Source: Betaproteobacteria bacterium
Lineage (GTDB): Bacteria; Pseudomonadota; Gammaproteobacteria; Burkholderiales; Rhodocyclaceae
Assembly (NCBI GenBank): GCA_020621865.1
Contig: JAHRYW010000013.1
Span: forward strand, 12,289-76,288
Length of the DNA: 64,000 nucleotides
Direction of reading: 5' to 3'
This document shows, piece by piece, positions 54,162 through 63,360 of this stretch. The notes under the pieces are model-generated. The model saw nothing but the letters and a program-made list of their open reading frames with translations. It was not told the DNA's origin and searched no databases. How positions within the stretch are numbered: position 1 is the stretch's first letter; each line of letters starts with the position of its first letter. The translations under genes were made by a program, and so were the position numbers.

Positions 54162-55262
54162 ATGGTTACAGCAAAAAAGAAAACGATTGCAACGGGAACG
54201 CCGGCCAAGCCGCGTACCCGCCAGCGCCCGGTCGCCAGCGGCGATGTGGCGCCGGTGCAGACGCCGGCCGGGATCGAGGGCTTTTCCGTGCATGCGGCGG
54301 CCGATGCGGCGCAGGAGTCCAAAATGGCTGCCCTGCGCGACGTGCTGGCCAATTCGCCGGCCGAGGAGTCGGTGGCCATGCTCAAGGGGTTGCTCAAGCA
54401 GCAACGCATGGTGGCCGACCAGTTGGCACCGAATCCGGACGACGAGTTGCTGCCGGATTGGCGCGAAGGCGGCTACCCGTACCGCAACCTGATGCAGCGC
54501 CGCAATTATGAGCGGCAGAAATACCGCTTGCAGGTCGAGTTGTTGAAGCTGCAGGCCTGGGTCAAGGAGACCGGGCAGAAGGTGGTGATCCTGTTCGAAG
54601 GCCGCGATGCGGCGGGCAAGGGCGGCACCATCAAGCGTTTCATGGAGCACCTGAATCCACGGGGGGCGCGCGTCGTCGCTCTTGAGAAGCCGACCGATTT
54701 CGAGCGCGGACAGTGGTACTTCCAGCGTTACGTGCAGCATCTGCCGACCAATGGCGAGATCGTGCTGTTCGACCGTTCCTGGTACAACCGGGCCGGGGTC
54801 GAGCGGGTCATGGGGTTTTGTTCAAGCCAGGAGTACGCCGAGTTCGTCCGCCAGGCGCCGGAGTTCGAACGCATGCTGACGCGCAACGGCACGCACCTGA
54901 TCAAGTTTTGGTTCTCGGTCAGCCGCGACGAGCAGCGCCGCCGTTTCCGCGAGCGCAAGGTGCATCCGTTGAAGCAATGGAAGCTGTCGCCGATCGACAT
55001 GGCTTCGCTCGATAAGTGGGACGACTACACCAAGGCCAAGGAGGCGATGTTCTTCCACACCGACACCGCCGACGCGCCGTGGACGGTGATCAAGTCGAAC
55101 TGCAAGAAGCGGGCGCGGCTGAATGCAATGCGCTACATCCTGCACAAGCTGCCGTACAACAACAAGGACACGGCGCGCATCGGCAATCTGGACCCGCTGA
55201 TCGTCGGCCGCGCCAACGTGGTTTACGAGCGCGGTGAGCACCAGGGGGTGCCGATTCTCTAG
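54162..55262 (+). CDS. ppk2: Polyphosphate kinase 2
   Basis: FEGRDAAGKGG, FDRSWYNRAGVERV, WKLSPID motifs. Confidence 0.95.
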   Translation: MVTAKKKTIATGTPAKPRTRQRPVASGDVAPVQTPAGIEGFSVHAAADAAQESKMAALRDVLANSPAEESVAMLKGLLKQQRMVADQLAPNPDDELLPDWREGGYPYRNLMQRRNYERQKYRLQVELLKLQAWVKETGQKVVILFEGRDAAGKGGTIKRFMEHLNPRGARVVALEKPTDFERGQWYFQRYVQHLPTNGEIVLFDRSWYNRAGVERVMGFCSSQEYAEFVRQAPEFERMLTRNGTHLIKFWFSVSRDEQRRRFRERKVHPLKQWKLSPIDMASLDKWDDYTKAKEAMFFHTDTADAPWTVIKSNCKKRARLNAMRYILHKLPYNNKDTARIGNLDPLIVGRANVVYERGEHQGVPIL

Positions 55263-55273
55263 GGATTGGCGCT

Positions 55274-55304
55274 ACGGCCAAAATTTCGATTTTGGCCGTT
55301 TTTT
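55274..55304 (+). terminator. Terminator built partly from motif copy 10
   Basis: acggccaaaat-TTCG-attttggccgt then T5. Confidence 0.75.
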
Positions 55305-55322
55305 CGGGCTTACCGTAGCATT
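55281..55322 (-). repeat. Dispersed 42-bp motif copy 10
   Basis: revcomp AATGCTACGGTAAGCCCGAAAAAACGGCCAAAATCGAAATTT; 1 core mismatch. Confidence 0.88.
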
Positions 55323-55325
55323 TGC

Positions 55326-55826
55326 CTAGCTGATCACGTAGGAGGCGCAGCCGGTGGCGACCAGCAGGCCTTCGTCGTTGACCAGGGTCATCTGGATCGA
55401 GGCGATGCGCCCGCCCATCCGGATGATGCGGCCGGTGGCCGTGAAGCGCTGGCCCATGCCCTGGTGCAGGTAGTCGGTGCGCAGGTCGATGGTGCCGACG
55501 CGGTTGAAGCGGTGCACGATCTGCTCCGCCGTCTCGTCGTGGAATTTCTCGGCGATGCCGACCGTGACGGCCAGGCCGGCGACGCTGTCGAGCGCGGCCG
55601 AGATCACGCCGCCGTGCAGGCGGCCGTGCTGGTAATGGCCGATCAGTTCGTCGCGCATCGAGAAGCTGAGCGACGGGCCGTCCGGGGCTAGCGAGCTGAC
55701 CTCGAAGCCAAGCAGTTTGTGGAAGCACATGCGCTCTTCGAACATGTCGCGGATCGCTTCGTCTACGCGGGTCTGTTCGGCTGCCGAGCGGCGGGGCAAT
55801 TGCTGGTGCGGAGGGTGTCGGGTCAT
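55326..55826 (-). CDS. PaaI/YigI-like hot-dog thioesterase
   Basis: LHGGVISAALD, TIDLRTDYL motifs. Confidence 0.88.
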   Translation of the reverse strand: MTRHPPHQQLPRRSAAEQTRVDEAIRDMFEERMCFHKLLGFEVSSLAPDGPSLSFSMRDELIGHYQHGRLHGGVISAALDSVAGLAVTVGIAEKFHDETAEQIVHRFNRVGTIDLRTDYLHQGMGQRFTATGRIIRMGGRIASIQMTLVNDEGLLVATGCASYVIS

Positions 55827-55986
55827 CGCGGCTCCAACGGTATGACAAGGCCGCCATTGTAGCGCGCCCGGCCATCTTCCATACGGTTGCGAATGGTTCG
55901 TGGCGGCAAAAAAATGGCGACGGAAGGGGGTTCCGTCGCCATGAAGCGAAAGCGCCCAGGGGGCGGGCGCGTGTCGCAGAGAAGAC

Positions 55987-57762
55987 TTATTTCTTGCGCG
56001 GCGGCGGCACGTCGGTGCAGGTGCCGTGGGCCACTTCGGCCGCCATGCCGACCGTTTCGCCGAGCGTCGGGTGCGGGTGGATGGTCTTGCCGATATCGAC
56101 CGCGTCGCAGCCCATCTCGATGGCCAGGCAGACCTCGCCGATCATGTCGCCGGCGTTGGGGCCGACGATGGCGCCGCCGATCACCCGATGCGTTTCGGCA
56201 TCGAAGATCAGCTTGGTGAAACCGTACTCGGCGCCGTTGGCGATGGCGCGGCCGGAAGCGGCCCACGGGAATTTCGAGGCTTCGATCTTGCGGCCTTCCT
56301 GCTTGGCCTGCTCCTCGGTGTAGCCGACCCATGCCACTTCCGGATGGGTGTAGGCGACGCCGGGGATCACCTGGGCATCGAAGGCGGCCTTGTGGCCGGC
56401 TGCGACTTCCGCCGCGACGTGGGCCTCATGCACCGCCTTGTGGGCCAGCATCGGGTTGCCGACCAGATCGCCGATGGCGAAGATGTGCGGCACGTTGGTC
56501 CGCATCTGGGCATCAACGTTGATGAAACCGCGGTCGGTCACCGCAACGCCCGCCTTCTCGGCGCCGATCTTCTTGCCGTTCGGCGCGCGGCCGGCGGCCT
56601 GCAGGATCATGTCGTACTTGACCGGCTCGCTCGGCGCGCCTTCGCCCTCGAACTTGACGTAAAGGCCATCATCCTTGGCCTCGACGGCGACCGTCTTGGT
56701 CTTCAGCATGACCTTGTCGAAGCGGTGCAGGTTCTGCTTTTCCCAGACCTTGACGGCATCGCGGTCGGGGCCCTGCATCAGGCCGTCCATCATTTCGACG
56801 ACATCGACGCGGGCGCCGAGGGTCGAATAGACGGTGGCCATTTCCAGGCCGATGATGCCTCCGCCGATGACCAGCATCTTCTCGGGAACGAAGCGCAGTT
56901 CCAGCGCTCCGGTCGAATCGACGATGCGCGGGTCCTTCGGGATGAAGGGCAGATGCACGGCGGCCGAGCCAGCGGCGATGATGCACTTCTGGAACTTGAT
57001 GACCTTCTTGGCGCCGGTCTTGTCCTGGGCGCTGCCGTCGGTGACCTCGACCTCGATGTGATGCGGATCGAGGAAGGAGCCGTAGCCGCGCACGACCTCG
57101 ACCTTGCGGCCCTTGGCCATGCCGGCCAGGCCGCCGGTCAGCTTGCCGACGACCTTGTCCTTGTGGGCGCGCAGCTTGTCGATATCGACTTGCGGCGCTG
57201 CAAAAGTGACGCCGAGATCGGATGCGTGCTGGGCTTCTTCCATGACCGCGGCGACGTGCAGCAGCGCCTTGGACGGAATGCAGCCGACGTTCAGGCAGAC
57301 GCCGCCGAGCGTCGCATAACGCTCGACGATGACCGTCTTCATGCCGAGGTCGGCCGAACGGAAGGCGGCCGAATAGCCGCCGGGGCCGGCGCCGAGGACG
57401 AGCATGTCGCACTCGATGTCGGCGCCGCCGCCGTGGCTGGCGGCGACCGGAGCAGCCACCGGTGCCGCCGGAGCGGATTCGGTTTTTGCCTCTTTTTCCG
57501 GGCTGACCGTAGCATTGGCTGCTCCGGCTTCAACCTTGATCAGCACGGCGCCCTCGCTGACGCGGGAACCGAGTTGGATCAGTACTTCCTTGACCGTGCC
57601 GGCAACGGTGCTCGGCACATCCATGGTCGCCTTGTCCGATTCCAGCGTGGCGATGGCGTCATCGATCTTGATGCTGTCGCCAACCTTGACGAACAGGTCG
57701 ATGACCGGCACGTCGGAAAAATCGCCGATATCGGGGACTTTGACTTCAACCAGATTGCTCAT
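55987..57762 (-). CDS. lpdA: Dihydrolipoyl dehydrogenase with N-terminal lipoyl domain
   Basis: ESDKAT lipoyl site, GAGPGG, CLNVGC, HPHPTLGE. Confidence 0.96.
   Translation of the reverse strand: MSNLVEVKVPDIGDFSDVPVIDLFVKVGDSIKIDDAIATLESDKATMDVPSTVAGTVKEVLIQLGSRVSEGAVLIKVEAGAANATVSPEKEAKTESAPAAPVAAPVAASHGGGADIECDMLVLGAGPGGYSAAFRSADLGMKTVIVERYATLGGVCLNVGCIPSKALLHVAAVMEEAQHASDLGVTFAAPQVDIDKLRAHKDKVVGKLTGGLAGMAKGRKVEVVRGYGSFLDPHHIEVEVTDGSAQDKTGAKKVIKFQKCIIAAGSAAVHLPFIPKDPRIVDSTGALELRFVPEKMLVIGGGIIGLEMATVYSTLGARVDVVEMMDGLMQGPDRDAVKVWEKQNLHRFDKVMLKTKTVAVEAKDDGLYVKFEGEGAPSEPVKYDMILQAAGRAPNGKKIGAEKAGVAVTDRGFINVDAQMRTNVPHIFAIGDLVGNPMLAHKAVHEAHVAAEVAAGHKAAFDAQVIPGVAYTHPEVAWVGYTEEQAKQEGRKIEASKFPWAASGRAIANGAEYGFTKLIFDAETHRVIGGAIVGPNAGDMIGEVCLAIEMGCDAVDIGKTIHPHPTLGETVGMAAEVAHGTCTDVPPPRKK
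57475..57516 (-). repeat. Dispersed 42-bp motif copy 11 (lpdA linker)
   Basis: revcomp AATGCTACGGTCAGCCCGGAAAAAGAGGCAAAAACCGAATCC. Confidence 0.85.
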
Positions 57763-57774
57763 GGTGGGCTCCCC

Positions 57775-59409
57775 TTACAGCGCGACGCGACGGAAGTCGG
57801 CCAGCAGCTGGGCGATATAGACGTTGAAGCGGGTCGCCAGCGCACCGTCGATGACGCGGTGGTCGGCAGTCAGCGACAGCGGCAGGATCAGGCGCGGCAC
57901 GAAAGCTTTACCGTCCCAGACCGGCTTCATGGCCGACTTGTTGACGCCGAGGATGGCAACTTCCGGCGCATTGACGATCGGTGCGAAGTAAGTGCCGCCG
58001 ATACCGCCCAGGCTGGAAATCGTGAAGCAGGCGCCGGACATGTCGGCCGGCTTCAGCTTGCCGTCACGGGCCTGCTTGGCCAGCTCACCGGATTCCTGCG
58101 CCAGTTCGAAGACCGACTTCTTGTCGACATTCTTGACCACCGGCACGACCAAGCCGTTCGGGGTGTCGGCCGCAAAGCCGATGTTGAAGTATTTCTTCAG
58201 CACCAGATTGTCGCCGTCGAGCGAGGCGTTGAATTCCGGGAATTTCTGCAGGCCCTTGACGCAAGCCTTCATCAGGAAAGCCAGCATGGTCAGCTTGGCG
58301 CCGCCACCCTTTTCGTTTTCCTTGTTGAGCAGTACGCGGAAGGCTTCGATATCGGTGATGTCGGCATCTTCGTGATAGGTCACGGCCGGGATCATCACCC
58401 AGTTGCGCGACAGGTTCTGGCCGGAAATCTTCTTGATGCGCGACAGCGGCTTGACCTCGACTTCGCCGAACTTGGCGAAATCGACCTTCGGCCAGGGCAG
58501 CAGATCGAGCACGCCACCACCGGTGACACCGCCGCCAGCCGTGGCGACCGGGCCGGAAATCGAGCCACTCATCACGCCCTTGACGTACTTGGTCAGGTCG
58601 TCCTTGACGATGCGACCCTTCGGGCCGGTGGCGGCGACCTTGGACAGGTCGATGCCGAGTTCGCGGGCATAGGCGCGGACCGACGGCGAGGCATGGACCT
58701 TGCCGCCGACCGGCAGGGCCGGGGCCAGTGCAGCCGGTGCAGAAGCTGCTGCCGGAGCCGCCGCAGGCGCGGCAACCGGTGCGGCAGCGGGGGCAGATGC
58801 GGCAGCAGCCGGCGCCGGGGCAGCGGCCGGTGCCGAAGCGCCGGTCTCGACCTTGATCAGCACAGCGCCTTCGCTGACCTTGGAACCGAGCTGGACCAGC
58901 ACTTCCTTGACCGTGCCGGCAACCGTGGACGGGACGTCCATGGTCGCCTTGTCGGATTCGAGGGTGGCGATCGCATCGTCGACCTTGATGCTGTCGCCGA
59001 CCTTGACGAACAGGTCGATGACCGGGACGTCGGAGAAGTCGCCGATGTCCGGCACCTTGACTTCAACCACGCCGCCGCCGGCAGCGGCGGGGGCGGCAAC
59101 CGGTGCCGGTGCTGCGGCGGGCGCCGGGGCAGCGGCCTGGGTGGCCGGCGCCGGTGCGGCAGCAGCGCCGCCAGCTTCAACCTTGATCAGCACGGCACCT
59201 TCGCTGACGCGGGAACCGAGCTGGATCAGCACTTCCTTGACCACGCCGGATACCGTGCTCGGGACGTCCATGGTCGCCTTGTCGGATTCGAGGGTGGCGA
59301 TGGCGTCGTCGACCTTGATGCTGTCGCCGACCTTGACGAACAGATCGATGACCGGCACGTCGGAAAAATCGCCGATATCGGGGACTTTGACTTCGATGAT
59401 TTGGCTCAT
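57775..59409 (-). CDS. aceF: Pyruvate dehydrogenase E2 (two lipoyl domains)
   Basis: 2x ESDKAT, HASPSVR binding domain, DHRVIDG. Confidence 0.96.
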   Translation of the reverse strand: MSQIIEVKVPDIGDFSDVPVIDLFVKVGDSIKVDDAIATLESDKATMDVPSTVSGVVKEVLIQLGSRVSEGAVLIKVEAGGAAAAPAPATQAAAPAPAAAPAPVAAPAAAGGGVVEVKVPDIGDFSDVPVIDLFVKVGDSIKVDDAIATLESDKATMDVPSTVAGTVKEVLVQLGSKVSEGAVLIKVETGASAPAAAPAPAAAASAPAAAPVAAPAAAPAAASAPAALAPALPVGGKVHASPSVRAYARELGIDLSKVAATGPKGRIVKDDLTKYVKGVMSGSISGPVATAGGGVTGGGVLDLLPWPKVDFAKFGEVEVKPLSRIKKISGQNLSRNWVMIPAVTYHEDADITDIEAFRVLLNKENEKGGGAKLTMLAFLMKACVKGLQKFPEFNASLDGDNLVLKKYFNIGFAADTPNGLVVPVVKNVDKKSVFELAQESGELAKQARDGKLKPADMSGACFTISSLGGIGGTYFAPIVNAPEVAILGVNKSAMKPVWDGKAFVPRLILPLSLTADHRVIDGALATRFNVYIAQLLADFRRVAL

Positions 59410-59422
59410 GTTGTCTCTCCCC

Positions 59423-62107
59423 TTATACCGTCAGCGGGTTCGGCTTGTTCGGGTCAAGGCTGTACTTGACCAGGGCGGCGGCGACCTTCTCGCGTTCGAT
59501 CTCGCCGGCATCGGCCAGCGCCTTCAGGGCAGCCAGCGTGACCCAGTGACGGTCGACCTCGAAATGATGGCGCAGCTTCTCGCGGGTGTCGGAACGGCCG
59601 AAACCGTCGGTGCCCAGCGTCACGTACGGCGCCTTGACGAAGGGGCGGATCTGCTCGGCGAACAGCTTGATGTAGTCGGTGGCAGCAACGACCGGGCCCT
59701 TGGCGTCGGCCAGCTTCTGCTCGACGTGCGACAGCTTCGGCGCTTCCAGCGGATGCAGCAGGTTCCAGCGGGCGACGTCCTGGCCGTTGCGGGCCAGCTC
59801 GTTGAAGCTCGGGCAACCCCAGAGGTCGGCCTCGACGCCCCAGTCGTTCCTGAGCAGGTCGGCGGCGGCGATCACTTCGCGGAAGATGGTGCCGGAACCG
59901 AGCAGTTGGACGCGCGGGCCCTTCGCTTCGGCGCCCTTCTTGAAGGAATACATGCCCTTGATGATGTCGGCTTCGGTGCCGACCGGCATTTCCGGGTGCT
60001 CGTAGTTCTCGTTCATCACCGTCAGGTAATAGAACACGTCTTCCTGTTCGGCGAACATCCGGCGCATGCCGTCCTGGGTGATGACGGCGACTTCGTACTG
60101 GAAGGTCGGGTCGTAGGAGATGCAGTTGGGCACCAGGTTGGCCAGGATCAGGCTGTGGCCGTCCTCGTGCTGCAGGCCTTCGCCGTTCAGCGTCGTGCGG
60201 CCGGCGGTGCCGCCGATCAGGAAGCCGCGGGCACGCTGGTCGCCAGCAGCCCAGACCAGGTCGAGCACGCGTTGCATGCCGAACATCGAGTAGCAGATGT
60301 AGAACGGAATGGTCTGGACGTTATGCACGGAATACGAGGTGGCGGCGGCGATCCAGTCGCTCATCGCACCGGCTTCGTTGATGCCTTCCTGCAGCACCTG
60401 GCCGGTCTTCGATTCCTTGTAGAACATCAGCTGGTCGTGGTCTTCCGGCACGTAGTTCTGGCCTTCCTGACTCCAGATGCCGACCGAGCGGAACATGCCT
60501 TCCATGCCGAAGGTGCGCGATTCGTCCGGCACGATGGGCACGACGTGCTTGCCGACGGCCTTGTCCTTCAACAGCATGTTCATGATGCGGACGATGGCCA
60601 TCGTCGTCGACAGTTCGCGGCCTTCGCCGGACGCTTTGAGCAGTGCGGCGTAGGTGTCGAGGGATGGAATGGCCAGCGGGTCGGCCTTGCGGCGACGGGT
60701 CGGCAGGAAGCCGCCGAGGTCCATCCGGCGCTGGCGCAGGTATTGGTACTCCGGCGAGTCTTCGGCGAACTTCAGGTAGGGCAGCTCTTCCAGCTGGTCA
60801 TCGGCGACCGGCAGGCTGAAGCGGTCGCGGAAGCGGCCGATCTGCTCCTTGTCCATCTTCTTCTGCTGGTGTGAGATGTTCATCGCCTCGCCAGCCTGGC
60901 CCATGCCGAAGCCCTTGATGGTCTTGGCCAGGATCAGGGTCGGGGCGCCCTTGTGCTTGATGGCGCGGTCGTAGGCGGCGAAGATCTTGAACAGATCATG
61001 GCCACCGCGGTTCAGTTGCCAGATTTCGTCGTCGGTCCAGTCGGCAACCAGTTCCTTCAGTTCCGGCGTGTTGAAGAAATGCTCGCGGACGTAGGCACCG
61101 TTCTTGGCCTTGAAGGTCTGGTACTCGCCATCGACGCAATCCATCATGCGTTTCTTCAGGATGCCCTTCTTGTCGCGGGCGAACAGGGCGTCCCAGTGGG
61201 TGCCCCAGATCAGCTTGACGACGTTCCAGCCGGCGCCGCGGAATTCGCCTTCCAGTTCCTGGATGATCTTGCCGTTGCCGCGTACCGGGCCGTCCAGGCG
61301 CTGCAGGTTGCAGTTGATCACGAAAATCAGGTTGTCCAGCTTCTCGCGGCCGGCCATGCCGATGGCGCCGAGCGATTCGACCTCGTCGGTTTCGCCGTCG
61401 CCGAGGAAGGCCCAGACCTTGCGCTTTTCTGCCTTGGCGGCGTCGATCAGGCCACGCGAAGCCAGGTATTTCATGAAGCGGGCCTGGTAGATCGCCTGGA
61501 TCGGGCCGAGGCCCATGGAAACGGTCGGGAACTGCCAGAAGTCCGGCATCAGCCACGGGTGCGGGTAGGAGGAAATGCCCTTGCCGCCGGTTTCCTGGCG
61601 GAAGTTGTCCATCTGTTCCTCGGACAGGCGGCCGAGCATGAAGGCGCGCGAATAGACGCCGGGCACCGAATGTCCCTGGAAGAAGATCAGGTCGCCGCCG
61701 GTTTCATGGTCGGCGCTCTTCCAGAAATGCGAAAAGCCGACGTCGTAAAGAGCGGCGGCTGAGGCGAAGGAGGCGATGTGGCCGCCGACGTTGGTGTCCT
61801 TGTTGGCGCGGACGACCATGGCCATCGCGTTCCAGCGGATATAGGAGTGAATCTTGATTTCCATGTCGGCATTGCCCGGGTACTTGGGCTGCTGATCGAC
61901 CGGAATGGTGTTGATGTATTCGGTATTGGCCGAGTAGGGGATGTCGACCCCCTGCAGGCGGGCCTGACCGATGACTTTCTCGATCAGGTAGTGGGCGCGG
62001 GTGGGACCTTCCAGGTTGATGACGCCTTCGAGGGCGTCCATCCATTCTTTTGTTTCCTGGGGGTCTACATCGGCGGGGTCAGGCAGGGCGTTCGGCTGGT
62101 CGGCCAT
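59423..62107 (-). CDS. aceE: Pyruvate dehydrogenase E1, homodimeric type
   Basis: GGHIAS, SYPHPWLMP, GDGE, GRTTLNGEGLQH. Confidence 0.97.
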   Translation of the reverse strand: MADQPNALPDPADVDPQETKEWMDALEGVINLEGPTRAHYLIEKVIGQARLQGVDIPYSANTEYINTIPVDQQPKYPGNADMEIKIHSYIRWNAMAMVVRANKDTNVGGHIASFASAAALYDVGFSHFWKSADHETGGDLIFFQGHSVPGVYSRAFMLGRLSEEQMDNFRQETGGKGISSYPHPWLMPDFWQFPTVSMGLGPIQAIYQARFMKYLASRGLIDAAKAEKRKVWAFLGDGETDEVESLGAIGMAGREKLDNLIFVINCNLQRLDGPVRGNGKIIQELEGEFRGAGWNVVKLIWGTHWDALFARDKKGILKKRMMDCVDGEYQTFKAKNGAYVREHFFNTPELKELVADWTDDEIWQLNRGGHDLFKIFAAYDRAIKHKGAPTLILAKTIKGFGMGQAGEAMNISHQQKKMDKEQIGRFRDRFSLPVADDQLEELPYLKFAEDSPEYQYLRQRRMDLGGFLPTRRRKADPLAIPSLDTYAALLKASGEGRELSTTMAIVRIMNMLLKDKAVGKHVVPIVPDESRTFGMEGMFRSVGIWSQEGQNYVPEDHDQLMFYKESKTGQVLQEGINEAGAMSDWIAAATSYSVHNVQTIPFYICYSMFGMQRVLDLVWAAGDQRARGFLIGGTAGRTTLNGEGLQHEDGHSLILANLVPNCISYDPTFQYEVAVITQDGMRRMFAEQEDVFYYLTVMNENYEHPEMPVGTEADIIKGMYSFKKGAEAKGPRVQLLGSGTIFREVIAAADLLRNDWGVEADLWGCPSFNELARNGQDVARWNLLHPLEAPKLSHVEQKLADAKGPVVAATDYIKLFAEQIRPFVKAPYVTLGTDGFGRSDTREKLRHHFEVDRHWVTLAALKALADAGEIEREKVAAALVKYSLDPNKPNPLTV

Positions 62108-62296
62108 GGTTTGTCTCCTACGTTGGTTTTCGTTCTGTTTTACCTGGTGAGTAAAACAACTGTAGCTGGTAACGGGTCGGTTCGCGAGCCCGTACTTTCC
62201 CTAGTTCGTGTTCCGCATTGTAAAAACAAAATTCGTATCGTGCAATACGGGTAAACGCGTACCGGGGGTTTGAGGGTAAAAAAACGGGGGAGTTTT

Positions 62297-62593
62297 TTAG
62301 AGCGTGGCCCAGCGGGCCAGCGTGCTGCCGTAGAAGGCGGTGGCGATCAGGGCCAGCGGGGCGAGGGCGACGAAGACCTTGAGCACCCGGGCGATGAAGG
62401 GATGGGCGACATGCGCCTCGATGAAGCTGCGGGCGACCAGGGAGCCCTTGGCCCAGATGATCGCGGCAACCAGCAAGGGCAGCCAGGGCGCGTCACGGAA
62501 CCAGGTGTTGAGGCCGAGTCCGGCCAGGGTCAGGGCGACCAGGGCCAGCCATGCTACGGTCAGGCCGAAAAATTGGTCATTTTTGGAATTCAT
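62297..62593 (-). CDS. Cytochrome oxidase subunit IV-like (NorF-like) membrane protein
   Basis: 3 TM, K..LV...FIE motif; coupled to upstream subunit III-like gene. Confidence 0.7.
   Translation of the reverse strand: MNSKNDQFFGLTVAWLALVALTLAGLGLNTWFRDAPWLPLLVAAIIWAKGSLVARSFIEAHVAHPFIARVLKVFVALAPLALIATAFYGSTLARWATL
62550..62591 (+). repeat. Dispersed 42-bp motif copy 12 (N-terminus of NorF-like gene)
   Basis: CATGCTACGGTCAGGCCGAAAAATTGGTCATTTTTGGAATTC; 1 core mismatch. Confidence 0.82.
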
Positions 62594-62595
62594 GA

Positions 62596-63198
62596 TCAGG
62601 CCAGCACGTAGAACATCGGGAAGATGGCCAGCCAGATGATGTCGGTGGCGTGCCAATAACAGGCCAGCGCTTCCAGTCCGGCGTAGTCGTGCGACGAGTA
62701 GCCGCCGAAGACCAGGCGGGCAAGCACCCAGAGGATGCCGAGGATGCCCCAGGTGGCATGCACCAGGTGGGTGAAGGTCAGGTAGTAATAGACGGTGAAG
62801 AAAATGCCCGATTCCCCGTTGATGCCCTGGGCCAGGTTCCAGCTGATTTCCAGCGCCTTGGTCAGCGGGTAGCCGAGGGCGATGACCAGCCCGCCGACCA
62901 GCCAGATCACGGCGGCCCGCTGGCGGTCCTGGCGGATGGCGTTGACCGAGCAGGCGATGAAGTAGCTGCTGGTGATCATCAGCAGCGTGATCGCCGTGCC
63001 GGCGGCGATCGAAAGGCGGTGGGCGCCGGCGTGGAAGGCGTCGGGGAAGTGCGCGCGGGCGATGAAATAGACCGCAAAGAGCACCGCGAACTCGACGAAC
63101 TCGCAGGTGATCCCGGCCCAGATCCCCTTGTTGCCGGGAACGCGGCGGGTGTCGGGCGGGCTGGCGGGAAGCTGGTCGATGGTGGGGTTGGCGATCAT
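62596..63198 (-). CDS. Cytochrome c oxidase subunit III-family (NorE-like) protein
   Basis: PG..GIW..I..E...F, TSS, FFTVYYYLTFTH, YWHATDIIW. Confidence 0.85.
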   Translation of the reverse strand: MIANPTIDQLPASPPDTRRVPGNKGIWAGITCEFVEFAVLFAVYFIARAHFPDAFHAGAHRLSIAAGTAITLLMITSSYFIACSVNAIRQDRQRAAVIWLVGGLVIALGYPLTKALEISWNLAQGINGESGIFFTVYYYLTFTHLVHATWGILGILWVLARLVFGGYSSHDYAGLEALACYWHATDIIWLAIFPMFYVLA

Positions 63199-63253
63199 GG
63201 TCGGCGGCGCGATGGCGAAAGAACATTGTCGCGCTGCGGCGCCGGACGGTGAT

Positions 63254-63267
63254 TTGATGTTCATCAA
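63254..63267. promoter_or_regulatory. FNR/DNR box
   Basis: Perfect TTGAT-gttc-ATCAA about 55 bp upstream of the norE-like start. Confidence 0.85.
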
Positions 63268-63360
63268 CGGCTGGCAATTGGCCCCGCCGGGACTTGGCGG
63301 AGGTGGTGCGCCGAGCGCCTGAACACGCGATAGAATCGCTCCCCATAAAAGGAGACAAAC

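Noticed and set aside
55892-55920. gcggcaaaaaaatggcg resembling the motif's tract half
   Set aside because: Core absent, and the A run belongs to the lpdA terminator hairpin.
56026-59469. Very long antisense ORFs (1147 aa here; also 320-1537, 14144-15769, 42534-44660, 47447-49141)
   Set aside because: Shadow frames opposite well-supported genes in high-GC DNA.
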